Of a DNA stretch of 32,000 nt, positions 1 through 8,658 are shown in pieces. Source of the DNA: Mycobacterium phage Rosebush; sequence record NC_004684.1, one strand, 5' to 3'. A program made the translations under genes and the position numbers. Each line of letters opens with the position of its first letter. The first letter of the stretch is position 1. The notes beneath the pieces are model-generated. The model was given only the letters and a program-made list of their open reading frames with translations, made no database searches and was not told the origin of the DNA.

Positions 1-91
1 CACCACCGTGGCGGTGTCGATGGACAGCGTGAACGATGACCTGCCCGAGCTGGCCGAGCTACAGCAGAAGACACCGGGGGCGATCCTGTGA
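1..91 (+). CDS. C-terminal end of an upstream (probably minor tail) protein, truncated by window edge
   Basis: Open frame from position 2: TTVAVSMDSVNDDLPELAELQQKTPGAIL*, stop TGA 89-91 overlapping the GTG start of the next gene. Confidence 0.6.
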   Translation, partial: TTVAVSMDSVNDDLPELAELQQKTPGAIL

Positions 92-2808
92 GCCTGGTAC
101 CGGCCTCCCGGCCACTCACCGACGCCGAATGGGCCCGCAGTGTGGAGCAACGCCTGCGCGAGCTACAGGCACCGCGCAGTGTGCGCGTCGGCCAGTGGGC
201 GATCAACGCCGTCGGCGGCGAGCTGGTGGCCACCAAACCCGGCGAGTCCATGGTGATCGGGGAGGCGGCCCCCGAACCCACCAAGGTGGCGCTCACACGT
301 GGCTACGTCAAGCCAGAGGACCTGAGCGGCGCTATCGGCTACGACGACGAGGTCGGGGCACCGGCCACGTCGTTTGACGAGATCAAAGCCTGGTTGCAGG
401 ACAAGTTTTACGGCGTGGTGGACCCCACGCGCATCCCGGCGCTGCCGTGGCAACACCTGTTCGACGGCGGCGTGGAGCTGCTGACCGACCCCTCGTTCGC
501 TCAGCCTGGCACGCTCGGCTATGACCCGAGCGTGGGGCGGCTGGCGCTGGGGTCGGTGAAGTTCACCGCCGACGGCTCCGACCAGTCGCGGGTGTCGAAC
601 CTGATCGAGGTTGTACCCGGTGAGAAGATCGCCGCCCGCGTGTGGGCGTTCTTCGAGGGAGTGACCGCGACGGCGGGCCAGAACGGCATCCGGCTCCAGG
701 TGCGGGCATACCACCTGGAAGGCGACACGCTCACGCCGGTGGGCACGCCAACGATGCTGGCGGGCATCGCATCGCCGTCCGGGGAGTCCGATGACCACCC
801 CGACGAGGTGGACGGGTGGGTGCTGCTGTCCGGCACCTACACCGTGCCGTCGGGCACCAACCGGATCGTGCTCGAGCCGATGGTCACCAGCGCGGTGACG
901 GCAGGCGATGTGTGGTTTGACGACGGCTCGGCGAAGAAGACACCGACCGGCATGCCGCAGGCGTGGACCTTGGACCTGCCCGACGACCTGGACTCGCTGT
1001 GGAACGGCGTGGTCGGCACCGTTGAGACGCTGATGGCGCAGCTGGGCCTGACGCCGACCGGTGAGTTCTGGGACGACCTGTTCGACCTGTCGGACGAAAT
1101 TGCGTGGATCCAGGAACGTGCCGCCGAGGGCTGGCAGGACGCCGCGCAGGCGCTGGAGGACCTTGGCGACCTGGCGCACAACCTGCTCACCAACCCGGCG
1201 GCGGTGCTGGGCCAGATCGGGCAAGGCCTCGTAGAGGGCCTGGAAGACGACCTGGCCGACGCCGGTGACGCCATTGCCGATGTGTTCGACGGCCTCCGGG
1301 ACACCTGGAACCGCATCGTCGGCGGCTACCGCCGTACCTCGGTGACCGGGCAGACCAGCCAGGACGTTGAGGAAATCATGGTGTCGGTCGGCCAGGAAAT
1401 TCTGGTCGCGCAGGAGTCCACCATCACGCTCGCCAACCAGGCCAACGCGCCCAAGAACGTGGCGTACTGGGAGACGCCGAACCCGTTCGAGGACGTGTCA
1501 TTTCCGCGCGCGCTGCTGGTGCCGGAGCCCACGTATGCAGTGTCGGGGACCACGGCCCGCGCGAACCTCGGTTCCCTGCCCGCGAACTGGACCGCGAGCG
1601 TCGCTGATGACGTTGAGGTCCACACGCACAACATCAACAGCCTGACGGCGACGCCAACATGGAACCGTCCGCGCTACACCATCCCCGCCGGGACGCTGGC
1701 ACTGTCGGCGGTGCGGGTGAAACAGGACCGGCTGATCAACATCGCCCGGTTCATCGCCGGTGGCGACACACCGCCGCCGACGGCCCTGTACGTCGGCCTG
1801 TACGCCATCGACCCCGAGACCGGGAACATGGCGCTGGTCCACAACTTTGGCGACATGAAGGGCGACATCGCCACCGGGGCGGGCCTGTATGAGACGCCGT
1901 GCGAGCTGCCCGCCGACGTGCTGGTGGACGCCGGGACGTTGTTCGCGGTCGGCATTCTGCCGGTCGGCGGCTCGTTCTCCGTGGCCGCAATCCGACGCCA
2001 GCCGATCACCACCTCCGCGCTGATCTACCCGCAGGCCGCCACCGAACTGCTGACCGGGCAGTCCACGTTGCCGTCCACCATCTCCGAGTCGGCGTTGACG
2101 CACACGGCGACGCACCGCGTCTGGGTGAGCGTTGGCCAGGCGGTGGAGTCCACACCGGAGGACGTGAGCCCGGTGACGTTGAGCATGAACTTCGACGTGT
2201 CGAACACGAACAACTGGTCCTCGCCGTCGTTCCAGCAGATCGGCACGTCCGGGAGCCGGTTCGGTATCGACAGCGGCGCGATCTACTGCGCGTCGGACCT
2301 GTTGGCGGTCGGCGAAGAGGTGCATTGGCGCTCGGCGCTGTGCCTGACGCCGGTGCACACCAACGACCATTCGGCGACGATCACGCTGGACACCCAGTTC
2401 AACGCCAACACCTACGGGTACACGACGACGCGTGCCTATGTGCGGTGCAACAGCAGCGGCACCTCGGGCGTGGCGATGCACCTCGACTCGAACTCGGCGG
2501 GCAACCTGCGTATCCGCATTGCCAACATCACGAACATGACCTCACTCGGCACCGTCCGGGCCACCGCCACCACAACGTTCGCGCCGGGCGATGACCTGGA
2601 GATTCGGGCGGTCGGCTCGCTCTACAAGGTGTACAAGAACGGCGTGGCCGTACCCGGTGCGGAGTGGGACGACACCGCCGAGATCGTGCCGGTTGGCAAG
2701 GCCTGGCGGCGGCATGGCTACGGCCTCGGCAACCGCAACGTCTCCGCGTTCACGACGTACCGCACGGCCTACATCGACCGGTACGTCGCGGCCGACCTGG
2801 TGGCGTGA
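88..2808 (+). CDS. Large minor tail / tail-fibre-like protein (906 aa)
   Basis: Long ORF with GTG start overlapping the previous stop; modular sequence; C-terminal beta-rich domain (APGDDLEIRAVGSLYKVYKNGVAVPGAEWDDT) resembles that of the 8659..9354 product. Confidence 0.8.
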   Translation: MSLVPASRPLTDAEWARSVEQRLRELQAPRSVRVGQWAINAVGGELVATKPGESMVIGEAAPEPTKVALTRGYVKPEDLSGAIGYDDEVGAPATSFDEIKAWLQDKFYGVVDPTRIPALPWQHLFDGGVELLTDPSFAQPGTLGYDPSVGRLALGSVKFTADGSDQSRVSNLIEVVPGEKIAARVWAFFEGVTATAGQNGIRLQVRAYHLEGDTLTPVGTPTMLAGIASPSGESDDHPDEVDGWVLLSGTYTVPSGTNRIVLEPMVTSAVTAGDVWFDDGSAKKTPTGMPQAWTLDLPDDLDSLWNGVVGTVETLMAQLGLTPTGEFWDDLFDLSDEIAWIQERAAEGWQDAAQALEDLGDLAHNLLTNPAAVLGQIGQGLVEGLEDDLADAGDAIADVFDGLRDTWNRIVGGYRRTSVTGQTSQDVEEIMVSVGQEILVAQESTITLANQANAPKNVAYWETPNPFEDVSFPRALLVPEPTYAVSGTTARANLGSLPANWTASVADDVEVHTHNINSLTATPTWNRPRYTIPAGTLALSAVRVKQDRLINIARFIAGGDTPPPTALYVGLYAIDPETGNMALVHNFGDMKGDIATGAGLYETPCELPADVLVDAGTLFAVGILPVGGSFSVAAIRRQPITTSALIYPQAATELLTGQSTLPSTISESALTHTATHRVWVSVGQAVESTPEDVSPVTLSMNFDVSNTNNWSSPSFQQIGTSGSRFGIDSGAIYCASDLLAVGEEVHWRSALCLTPVHTNDHSATITLDTQFNANTYGYTTTRAYVRCNSSGTSGVAMHLDSNSAGNLRIRIANITNMTSLGTVRATATTTFAPGDDLEIRAVGSLYKVYKNGVAVPGAEWDDTAEIVPVGKAWRRHGYGLGNRNVSAFTTYRTAYIDRYVAADLVA

Positions 2809-2810
2809 GC

Positions 2811-3974
2811 ATGACCGGGTGGCTGCCGGATATTCCGAACCTGCACCGTGTGCAGCGGCGTGGATGGTTCCCAGGTGTTGTGGCTCCGACGCTCCCTCCA
2901 GAGCATGAGATCGGGTGGTGGGCGGTGCTCACCCTCGACGCGGTTGACCTCGGCGACGCTGCACAGACCATGACCCTTGAGGCACTCCAGGCGCTCGCGC
3001 TGGCCAACCTCGCCGCCTCGACGCAATCCCTTGAGCTGAAACAGATCGCGGGCATTTCGTTCGCCAACATGATCCCGCCCGCCCAAGCGCTCGCGCTCAA
3101 GAAAATTGCGCTGCTCAATCTGTCCGGCGTGGCGCTGCCGACGCAGGCGCTCGCGCTGGCCAAGGTGCTCGGCATTGCGCTGTCGAGCATGGGCGTCAGT
3201 ACGCAGGCCCTCGACCTCGGCAAGGTCGTCACCGTGGCCATGGCGACGGACAGCCCGGCGGCCCAACTGCTTACGCTCACCAAAAAGGGCGTGCTGTCGC
3301 TCAACAGCACCGCGACGAGCACACAGCAGGTGGTGCTCGCGCGGGTGGCCTCGCTGATCATGTCGACCTCGCTGGCCACCTCGGTGCAGTCCGGCCTCGC
3401 CATCGGTTTCCCGCCGTTGACGGCGACCACGGTCACGTTCACCAACACCACCAACATCCAATCGTGGACGTTCCCGCGCAACGCAGAATGGCTCGCTGTG
3501 GTCTGCCTCGGCGGCGGCTGCGGTGGACGCGGCGGCGGCCCTGTACTCGCGGGCGGTGGCGGCTATGCGGGGTCGTACGGCACCGTCCTGTTGAGGCGCG
3601 GCGTCGACATCCCGTGGTCGACCACGATGTTCTACATGAATGTGGGGCCAGGCAGCGCCGGATCGTCGGGCGGCTACCTCGTCAGCGACCCCTCGCCGGG
3701 CATGGCGTCGCTGTGCACCACCACCGCGCTGGACACCCTCGCCAGCGGCAGCGGCGGTGGCCCGAACTACTCGACGCAGCGCGGCCAGGACGCCCCCGAC
3801 CTCAGCTACAACGGGATCTCGGCGGTCGGCGGCAAGTCATCGAGCGGTTCGGCGTCGGCGGGCGGTGTGCCCGGCGGCGGCGGCAACGGGGCCAACCAAG
3901 GATCGTTCGGCCTACCAGGCGGTGCGGGCGGTGCCGGTGGGCGCGGACAGATATGGGCGCGCGCATTCCAGTGA
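2811..3974 (+). CDS. Tail-fibre-like protein with 20-aa tandem repeats and glycine-rich C-terminal domain
   Basis: ATG directly after previous gene (tgagcATG); seven in-register 20-aa repeats followed by a GGGCGGRGGGPVLAGGGGYAG...GGVPGGGGNGANQGSFGLPGGAGGAGGRG region typical of Gly-rich phage adhesins. Confidence 0.8.
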   Translation: MTGWLPDIPNLHRVQRRGWFPGVVAPTLPPEHEIGWWAVLTLDAVDLGDAAQTMTLEALQALALANLAASTQSLELKQIAGISFANMIPPAQALALKKIALLNLSGVALPTQALALAKVLGIALSSMGVSTQALDLGKVVTVAMATDSPAAQLLTLTKKGVLSLNSTATSTQQVVLARVASLIMSTSLATSVQSGLAIGFPPLTATTVTFTNTTNIQSWTFPRNAEWLAVVCLGGGCGGRGGGPVLAGGGGYAGSYGTVLLRRGVDIPWSTTMFYMNVGPGSAGSSGGYLVSDPSPGMASLCTTTALDTLASGSGGGPNYSTQRGQDAPDLSYNGISAVGGKSSSGSASAGGVPGGGGNGANQGSFGLPGGAGGAGGRGQIWARAFQ

Positions 3975-4004
3975 CCGCCATCCTCGACAGATAGGATCGG
4001 CCCC

Positions 4005-4394
4005 ATGGCCGTCGGACCTACCGCCTACTTGGTGAACAAGCTGCTCGATCACGCGCTACGCGGGGTCGCGTACACACCGCCCTCGGTCATCTACTTCAAG
4101 GGGCACACCGGCGACCCTGGCGCGGCGGGCGCGAACAACGCGAGTGCGCAGACTGCACGCGTGGCGGTCACGTTCCTCGCCGCCTCGGGCGGCACGGTGC
4201 TGCTCACCGGCACGCCCGAGCTCACGCTCAACGCAACCGAGACGATCACTCACGGATCACTGTGGGACACCGCCGGGCCAACGGGCGGCAACTGCCTGTG
4301 GACTGCGCAGGCCACCGTCAGCAAGGGCGGCGTGTCCGGCGACATCATCCGACTGTCGGGCTTCCAAGTCGGCTTCACCGGCCTCGCAGCGTAA
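4005..4394 (+). CDS. Small tail-region structural protein
   Basis: ORF MAVGPTAYLVNKLLDHALRGVAYTPPSVIYFKGHTGDPG...; position between minor tail genes. Confidence 0.7.
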   Translation: MAVGPTAYLVNKLLDHALRGVAYTPPSVIYFKGHTGDPGAAGANNASAQTARVAVTFLAASGGTVLLTGTPELTLNATETITHGSLWDTAGPTGGNCLWTAQATVSKGGVSGDIIRLSGFQVGFTGLAA

Positions 4395-4402
4395 GGGAGA
4401 AC

Positions 4403-4792
4403 ATGACCGCACCGACACCGACCCCTGATTCACAGTGGGCTGTGCAATGGGAGGCGTTCGCGCCCGAGGACAGCAGTGTGCTGCCCGAGCGGCCCATCCT
4501 GCCCGAGGCACCCAGGTCCGGCACCGCCGAGGACACCCCCGAAAATTGGGCGGTGTACCAGGACAGCTACGAGCTGTATGTCGAGGCCATGGCCAGCTAC
4601 GAGAGCGCGCTGGCGGTGCTGCTCGCTGACGATGCCAATTGGCGAACCATCATGAACGGGTTCCCCGACGAGACCCTTGCCCGTCAGATGGTGGGCATTA
4701 TCCGGCAGGCCAACGCGAGCAACCCCCAGACGCGGAACTTCCGGCTCGTGTGGTCCGATCCGGTCGTCTGGCACGTCGTCGTGGACGAGTAG
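4403..4792 (+). CDS. Hypothetical tail-region protein
   Basis: ORF MTAPTPTPDSQWAVQWEAFAPED... with RBS-like gggaga upstream (taagggagaacATG). Confidence 0.75.
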   Translation: MTAPTPTPDSQWAVQWEAFAPEDSSVLPERPILPEAPRSGTAEDTPENWAVYQDSYELYVEAMASYESALAVLLADDANWRTIMNGFPDETLARQMVGIIRQANASNPQTRNFRLVWSDPVVWHVVVDE

Positions 4793-4803
4793 GGAGGCCG
4801 CCA

Positions 4804-5448
4804 ATGGCCGTTATGGACTTCACCGAACCCAACGTCTGCATTGCGGAGAACCTGACCACCGACGACGGCGGTCTGCTGCGCATGCAGCCGTGGGCGGTTC
4901 CGCGCGTTGTGCGCGACGTGAAGGCCTTGGCCAACGACGGCAACGGCAAGGTCTACCCGACCGAGAAACTGCCCGGCAAGCTCCTGATCAACCAGCGGCT
5001 GGACTGGCGCAACGACACGCCCCTGGAGCAGGCCGTGCTGATCCGGGTGACGCGTGCGGCGCGCGAATGGGTCACCAGCAACCCCAACGCGATTCAGTTC
5101 CGCGACCGGTGGAGCTTCGCGCTCAACCATCAGCCGTCGGTGCCGGTCACCTCCGGTTACTTCAACAGCCAGCTCGGCTCTGCCATCGACCTGGGCACCA
5201 ACTCGGTGGCCGAGCCGGAACCGGGTGTGCAGTGGAACTGGGTGCCGGTGTCCACCTCCGAGGAGTGGGTGCCGTACCTGGTGCCGCCCGGTTCGACGTT
5301 CTACTTCTGGTACCGGTGTTACCTGTGGACACCACCGCCGTGGAGCGACAACGCGAACAAGAACTCGCCCAAGCACACCGCATTCGCCAAGTGGACGCGG
5401 TGCCAGCTGTGGGCGTTCCCGCAACAGGGCAACCTGGTGGCCGGATGA
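4804..5448 (+). CDS. Tail-region protein, related in pattern to the next two larger ORFs
   Basis: MAVMDFTEPNVCIAENLTTDDGG...; contains LDWRNDTPLEQAVLIRVTR motif shared with 5594..6193 and 6190..7503 products; ATG at 4804 after ggagg. Confidence 0.75.
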   Translation: MAVMDFTEPNVCIAENLTTDDGGLLRMQPWAVPRVVRDVKALANDGNGKVYPTEKLPGKLLINQRLDWRNDTPLEQAVLIRVTRAAREWVTSNPNAIQFRDRWSFALNHQPSVPVTSGYFNSQLGSAIDLGTNSVAEPEPGVQWNWVPVSTSEEWVPYLVPPGSTFYFWYRCYLWTPPPWSDNANKNSPKHTAFAKWTRCQLWAFPQQGNLVAG

Positions 5449-5597
5449 GCCGCCGAGGAGCGCGGGAGGCGATGGTCCCGCCGGACAGCGGGCGACCGTT
5501 GCGGCCGGGCCGCGACTGTCCGAACTGCGCAACGTCGCTGCGCGTTGAGGAGCACCGGCGCTACTGCACCGAGTGCGGGCACGAGGAGCCGCGATGA
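5445..5597 (+). CDS. 50-aa zinc-ribbon-like small protein
   Basis: ATGA overlap with previous stop; MSRRGAREAMVPPDSGRPLRPGRDCPNCATSLRVEEHRRYCTECGHEEPR with two C-x2-C pairs. Confidence 0.7.
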   Translation: MSRRGAREAMVPPDSGRPLRPGRDCPNCATSLRVEEHRRYCTECGHEEPR

Positions 5598-6193
5598 GCG
5601 TCAAGGTCTGCACGTTCGAGTACATGCTGTCCACCGTCAACGGAATGGACCTTGCGCGGCACTACTTTCCGCGCGTGGTGGCCGAGTCGTTCCTGGAGTC
5701 GACAAAGGACGGCGAGATCAAGCTCTCGCCGGACCCGGTCACCATGATCGACGGTGACCTGACCTGGTTCAACAACACCAGCGACGACCAATGGGTGGTG
5801 GTGCAGACCCAGCGCGCGCCGCGCTCCATCGTGGCGCAGTCCCCGGCGACGGTGGTCATTCACGACGCCGCCAGCTTCGACGTAGGCATCTCCCCGCAGG
5901 CCGACTATCCAAGCGTCATGCAGGACACGTTCGGCGGTCGCGGCCAGGTGGACCGCAAAGAGGCTCGCGCCGAGGACCTGCTCTACGGGCGGCTGTTCTA
6001 CGACAGCGACTCCACGCAGGCCTGGCGCACAGTCGGGGTGGTGCCCGCCGGACAGAGCATGCACTACCGGCATCTGACCGCCGTGCAGACACCGGGCACC
6101 TGGATCAGCCCGAGTGAGTTCGAGCCGCGATGGGAGGCAAGCGCGCGGTGGGTGCGCCTGCTGGCCTTCGCCACACCTGTGGGGGCGCAGTGA
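5594..6193 (+). CDS. Tail-region protein (related to neighbouring genes)
   Basis: ATGA overlap; MSVKVCTFEYMLSTVNGMDLARHYFPRVV... with LTWFNNTSDDQWVVVQTQR motif. Confidence 0.8.
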   Translation: MSVKVCTFEYMLSTVNGMDLARHYFPRVVAESFLESTKDGEIKLSPDPVTMIDGDLTWFNNTSDDQWVVVQTQRAPRSIVAQSPATVVIHDAASFDVGISPQADYPSVMQDTFGGRGQVDRKEARAEDLLYGRLFYDSDSTQAWRTVGVVPAGQSMHYRHLTAVQTPGTWISPSEFEPRWEASARWVRLLAFATPVGAQ

Positions 6194-7503
6194 CACATCC
6201 CGATCATTTCGCGGTCGTTGGCGACGCGCTGGCACCTCAGCCGTGGATGCAGCTGCGCAGCGTGGCCACCGCCGAGACCGCTGGCGTGGCCAAGAGCTAT
6301 GAGGTGTCCGGCGGCCTGGCCAAGAACGAGGCGGTGCTCTCGCTGTCCACCCGGTGGACCAACAACTCGCCGGTGCCGCAGTGGGTGTACGGCATGGTGT
6401 CCAACGAAGGCAACGCCGTCTACCTCCAGGCACGCTCGCGGGCCTACCTCCTCGAGCGCCACGGCTTCGTGGTGGACGACGACCCTGCTGGCGTGACCAT
6501 GGTGGACGTGAGCAAGTGCGGCACCGGGTTCGACATCGGCAAGGCCGGGACGCTGAGCCTGGGCACGGCGTTCGGGATCAGCGAGTACCGGGCGCATTCC
6601 GGCACCTACCCGCTCATGCCGCAGATGACCGGCATGACCCTGGTGGCCCCCGGTGAGACGTTCCAGGCACGCGTGGAGCTGCGGTTCGTCAGCGAATACT
6701 GGGAGGCCACCACCATCGACGGCGGCGAGACTGGGTCGGAGTCCGGGTACGTCGCCGGGGGTTACCGCATCGACCTGTTCGCCGTCCCGGCGCTGACGCC
6801 GCCAGGGCCGCGCCCGGTGCCGACGCTGGTCGGCGGCGGCTCGGTCAGCTACGACACCCAGACCAGCTCCACCACCGAGGTCGAGGTGCCGGAGGACGTG
6901 GAAGAAGGCGACATGCTGGTGGCCGTGGTCGGCAACCAGCTCGGACTGGCCGGTGGCATCGCACCGGTCGAGGCCGGGTGGACACGCCTGCTGGTGGTCA
7001 ACGACGGCCAGTTCGGTTTCGCCGACGCGCACCTAAAGGTGTACATCCGGCGCGCGGGGTCCGATGAGCCGGACACCTACTCGTTCACCAACAACCTGCT
7101 GGCGCAGCAGATCGCCTGCCTGTTCGCGGTGCGCGATGCTGCGGAGAACGTTGAGGAGGGCTGGCGTGCCGCCAGCGCACTGCGCCGCCAGTTCTGGGAG
7201 CGCGCCGAGGGCCACGTCGCGCCGAGCATCGACGCGCGCGGCCAGCTGCTGGTGTGCGTGAGCTATTTCGCCAAACCGGTGCTCGCACCGGATATCACCC
7301 AGACACCGCCCGAGGACATGTCCGAGCTGGTGGACATCGCCAAGAGCGCGTCCAGCATGGCCATTGCCTACCTGGAAAGCCCGCCGCAACCGACCGGCGA
7401 GCGCGCGTTCACGCTCAGCCAGGAGCCGCTGGGTGTGCTCGGCAGCTTGCCCAACCGTACGATCACGGCCACTATCCTGATTCCAGGTGCGTACGGCTCT
7501 TAG
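6190..7503 (+). CDS. Tail-region / minor tail protein
   Basis: GTGA overlap start VTHPDHFAVVGDALAPQPW...; TRWTNNSPVPQWVYGMVSN motif; C-terminal beta-rich domain. Confidence 0.8.
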   Translation: MTHPDHFAVVGDALAPQPWMQLRSVATAETAGVAKSYEVSGGLAKNEAVLSLSTRWTNNSPVPQWVYGMVSNEGNAVYLQARSRAYLLERHGFVVDDDPAGVTMVDVSKCGTGFDIGKAGTLSLGTAFGISEYRAHSGTYPLMPQMTGMTLVAPGETFQARVELRFVSEYWEATTIDGGETGSESGYVAGGYRIDLFAVPALTPPGPRPVPTLVGGGSVSYDTQTSSTTEVEVPEDVEEGDMLVAVVGNQLGLAGGIAPVEAGWTRLLVVNDGQFGFADAHLKVYIRRAGSDEPDTYSFTNNLLAQQIACLFAVRDAAENVEEGWRAASALRRQFWERAEGHVAPSIDARGQLLVCVSYFAKPVLAPDITQTPPEDMSELVDIAKSASSMAIAYLESPPQPTGERAFTLSQEPLGVLGSLPNRTITATILIPGAYGS

Positions 7504-7533
7504 CGGGCCGCACAGCGCCGTATAGGAGGCCTC

Positions 7534-7890
7534 GTGTACGACCCGCCACCCGGTTACGACGACCTGATGCACGACTGCGGCGGCGATGACCCGCCGGTGG
7601 ACCCGGTGTACCGGGAGCTGGAGGTGCCCGGCATCGGTACCGTGCGGGCCCGGCCGCCCATGCCGAACGCCGTCGGTGCGCTGGCCATGGCCGCCCGGTC
7701 AGGCATCGACCCGGTGCGCCAGGTGGATTACCTGGGCCTGTTCGTACGCAACCACCTTGCGCCCGGCGAGGTGGAGCGCCTGCTCGTTGGCCAGATGGAA
7801 GGTCAGTACCCGACTGACACGATCCAGCAGGTGGCGAAGGCGGTGAGTGTGTGGGGCACGGCGCGCCCTACACAGCGGTCATCTCGCTGA
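7534..7890 (+). CDS. Hypothetical protein downstream of minor tail genes
   Basis: GTG start preceded by tataggagg RBS; MYDPPPGYDDLMHDCGGDDPP...QVDYLGLFVRNHLAPGEVERLLVGQMEGQYPTDTIQQVAKAVSVWG. Confidence 0.75.
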   Translation: MYDPPPGYDDLMHDCGGDDPPVDPVYRELEVPGIGTVRARPPMPNAVGALAMAARSGIDPVRQVDYLGLFVRNHLAPGEVERLLVGQMEGQYPTDTIQQVAKAVSVWGTARPTQRSSR

Positions 7891-7895
7891 GCGTG

Positions 7896-8216
7896 ATGGC
7901 CGCGCACCATTGGCGCACGATCCGTACCCGGTTGCTCAACAACGGCATCGACAACCTGATGCAGCTCACCAGCATGCACGCCCTGCTCGACGCGGTGGAG
8001 GCCATCGTCCTGGAGGCCATCGTTGCCGACGCGGTGAAGCCGGAACAGGCCAAGCACAAGCGCGACCAGTTCCTGGACGCCCTGTACGCGCCGACCACCC
8101 CCGAGGCCAAGAAGCTCAACGGCGACGGGTACAAACCACCGCCGTCGGAGTTCGCGGTGCCGGAGCAAGTGGAGGCCGACTTCGACGCATTCGCGCGCAT
8201 GGTCGCCGGACGATAA
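7896..8216 (+). CDS. Hypothetical protein (MAAHHWRTIRTRLLNNGIDNLMQL...)
   Basis: ATG 5 nt after the stop of the preceding gene; the open frame extends upstream to 7818 with a GTG at 7851. Confidence 0.7.
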   Translation: MAAHHWRTIRTRLLNNGIDNLMQLTSMHALLDAVEAIVLEAIVADAVKPEQAKHKRDQFLDALYAPTTPEAKKLNGDGYKPPPSEFAVPEQVEADFDAFARMVAGR

Positions 8217-8241
8217 CACCGCGAGCAGTTACCCTGACCTC

Positions 8242-8658
8242 GTGAGTGAGATTGTGTTCGCGCTCGACATGAGCAAGCCTGTCGGCCAGCGCATGTCCCC
8301 GGAGCTGATCGCCGAAATTCAGGCCGTGGCTCCCAGCGTGGTGGTCAACGGGTCGATCACCGAGGCCAAGCTCAAGGACAAGGCGGTGACCACGCCCAAG
8401 CTCAACGAGGGCGCGGTCACCAGTCCCAAGATCGCTACCGGCGGCGTGGAGACCGAGAACCTGGCCGATGCGGGGGTGACCACGTCCAAGGTTGCCGACG
8501 GCGCGATCACCGCCGACAAGGCAGGCACCGGCGTCAGCAAGGCCACCGACGCCGACGGCGAGCCGATTGAGAACGACTTCCGGTTCGTGACGGCCAGCCA
8601 GTTCGCCGCAATCGAGTCGCCGGACCCCAACATCACGTACATGATTGGACCGGACTAG
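8242..8658 (+). CDS. Tail fibre-like protein with TxxKLxxGAVT short repeats
   Basis: SITEAKLKDKAVTTPKLNEGAVTSPKIATGGVETENLADAGVTTSKVADGAITADKA repeated pattern typical of phage fibre/baseplate-associated proteins. Confidence 0.75.
   Translation: MSEIVFALDMSKPVGQRMSPELIAEIQAVAPSVVVNGSITEAKLKDKAVTTPKLNEGAVTSPKIATGGVETENLADAGVTTSKVADGAITADKAGTGVSKATDADGEPIENDFRFVTASQFAAIESPDPNITYMIGPD

Noticed and set aside
163-1224. Long antisense ORFs opposite tail genes (163-1224, 5561-6433, 6064-7032, 8116-9396 and similar)
   Set aside because: Arg/Gly/His/Ala-biased frames typical of the complementary strand of high-GC genes; they oppose well-supported genes with coherent domains and tight operon spacing.
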